The notes under the pieces were generated by a model. That model was not told where the DNA came from. It saw only the letters and a program-made list of their open reading frames with translations, and searched no databases. A stretch of DNA of 63,958 nucleotides, counting the filler, from Octopus bimaculoides (lineage: Eukaryota), in assembly GCF_001194135.2 (NCBI RefSeq). It is 7 parts of 6 records of this genome, joined end to end, with 100 filler letters (N's around TTAATTAATTAA, not from the genome) between each part and the next. Parts side by side here need not be neighbours in the genome. Positions count along the whole stretch, not along the records: positions 61,850 to 63,958 come from NW_026415972.1; 6 more parts are not named here. One strand, given 5' to 3'. How positions within the stretch are numbered: the first letter of the stretch is position 1; every line of letters starts with the position of its first letter. Positions 63,350 to 63,958 of this stretch are shown here, piece by piece. The position numbers and the translations under genes are program-made.

Positions 63350-63459
63350 CTTATTGTTATCTAAAATATTTCATTCACACATTCCAAATTATTTTTAGAT
63401 ATAGTTATTGTGTTTTTATTTATATCTTTTATTGCTTGTTTCAAGCCTTGTGGTGCTGG

Positions 63460-63619
63460 AAGCGGTAGCAGTGGTGGTGGTAGCAGTAGTAGTAGTAGTA
63501 GTAGCAGCAGCAGCAGCAGCAAAAGTAGTGGTGGGGTAATGATGATAGTAGTAGTAGTAGTATTAGCAGCAGCAATATCAGCAACATCAGGAGCAGTAGC
63601 AGTAGTAGTAATAGTAGTG

Positions 63620-63650
<31 letters not shown>

Positions 63651-63820
63651 CAGCAGCAGCAATAGTAGTAGTGGTAGCAGTAGTAGTAGTGGTAGTTGTA
63701 GTAGCAGCAGTAGTAGTAGTAGCAGCAGTAGCTGTAGCAGTTGTAGTATTGGTAGTAGTAGTTTCGGTGGTGGTGGTGGTGGTATTCCTGGTGATAGTGT
63801 TGGTGATGATGATGGTTATG
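63460..63820. repeat. Compound (GTA)n/(GCA)n/(GTG)n trinucleotide repeat
   Basis: Direct reading. Confidence 0.95.
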
Positions 63821-63958
63821 TTTGTGGGGAGGGGCATGTCTTTCTTGCTTATTTTTATATAATGTTGCTTATTGATTTTTCCGTTGTTGCTATTGTTGTT
63901 GATGTTGCTAATTCATTCCTTATTTCTTAAATTATTGTATTGTCTCCATTGGTCTCTT

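Overview
AT-rich, microsatellite-saturated animal genomic DNA from a gapped draft assembly. The repeat repertoire looks like an octopod cephalopod, probably Octopus (inference from recalled repeat families, not a search result). Six 100-bp spacers (44N-TTAATTAATTAA-44N) mark artificial joins, so adjacency across them is uncertain. One confident protein-coding segment is present: a single-exon GT-B fucosyltransferase-like catalytic domain (FUT8/NodZ/POFUT-type motifs) at 8445-9521 (+), with a non-canonical motif III. A possible hidden minus-strand membrane-protein gene lies at 40.3-41.4 kb. The rest is transposon-derived: three tRNA-headed SINE families (including a head-to-tail train of seven copies at 14.6-16.1 kb), RTE and Dong/R4-like LINE fragments, three mariner remnants, piggyBac/Tc1-like and foldback MITEs, and Helentron-like HINEs. 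Hand-folding reveals four Penelope-type minimal hammerhead ribozyme motifs; two have the core and all three stems. Nearly all other ORFs in the track are microsatellite or N-gap artefacts. Repeat boundaries are approximate (about +/-10-20 bp) unless a TSD or TIR is quoted.
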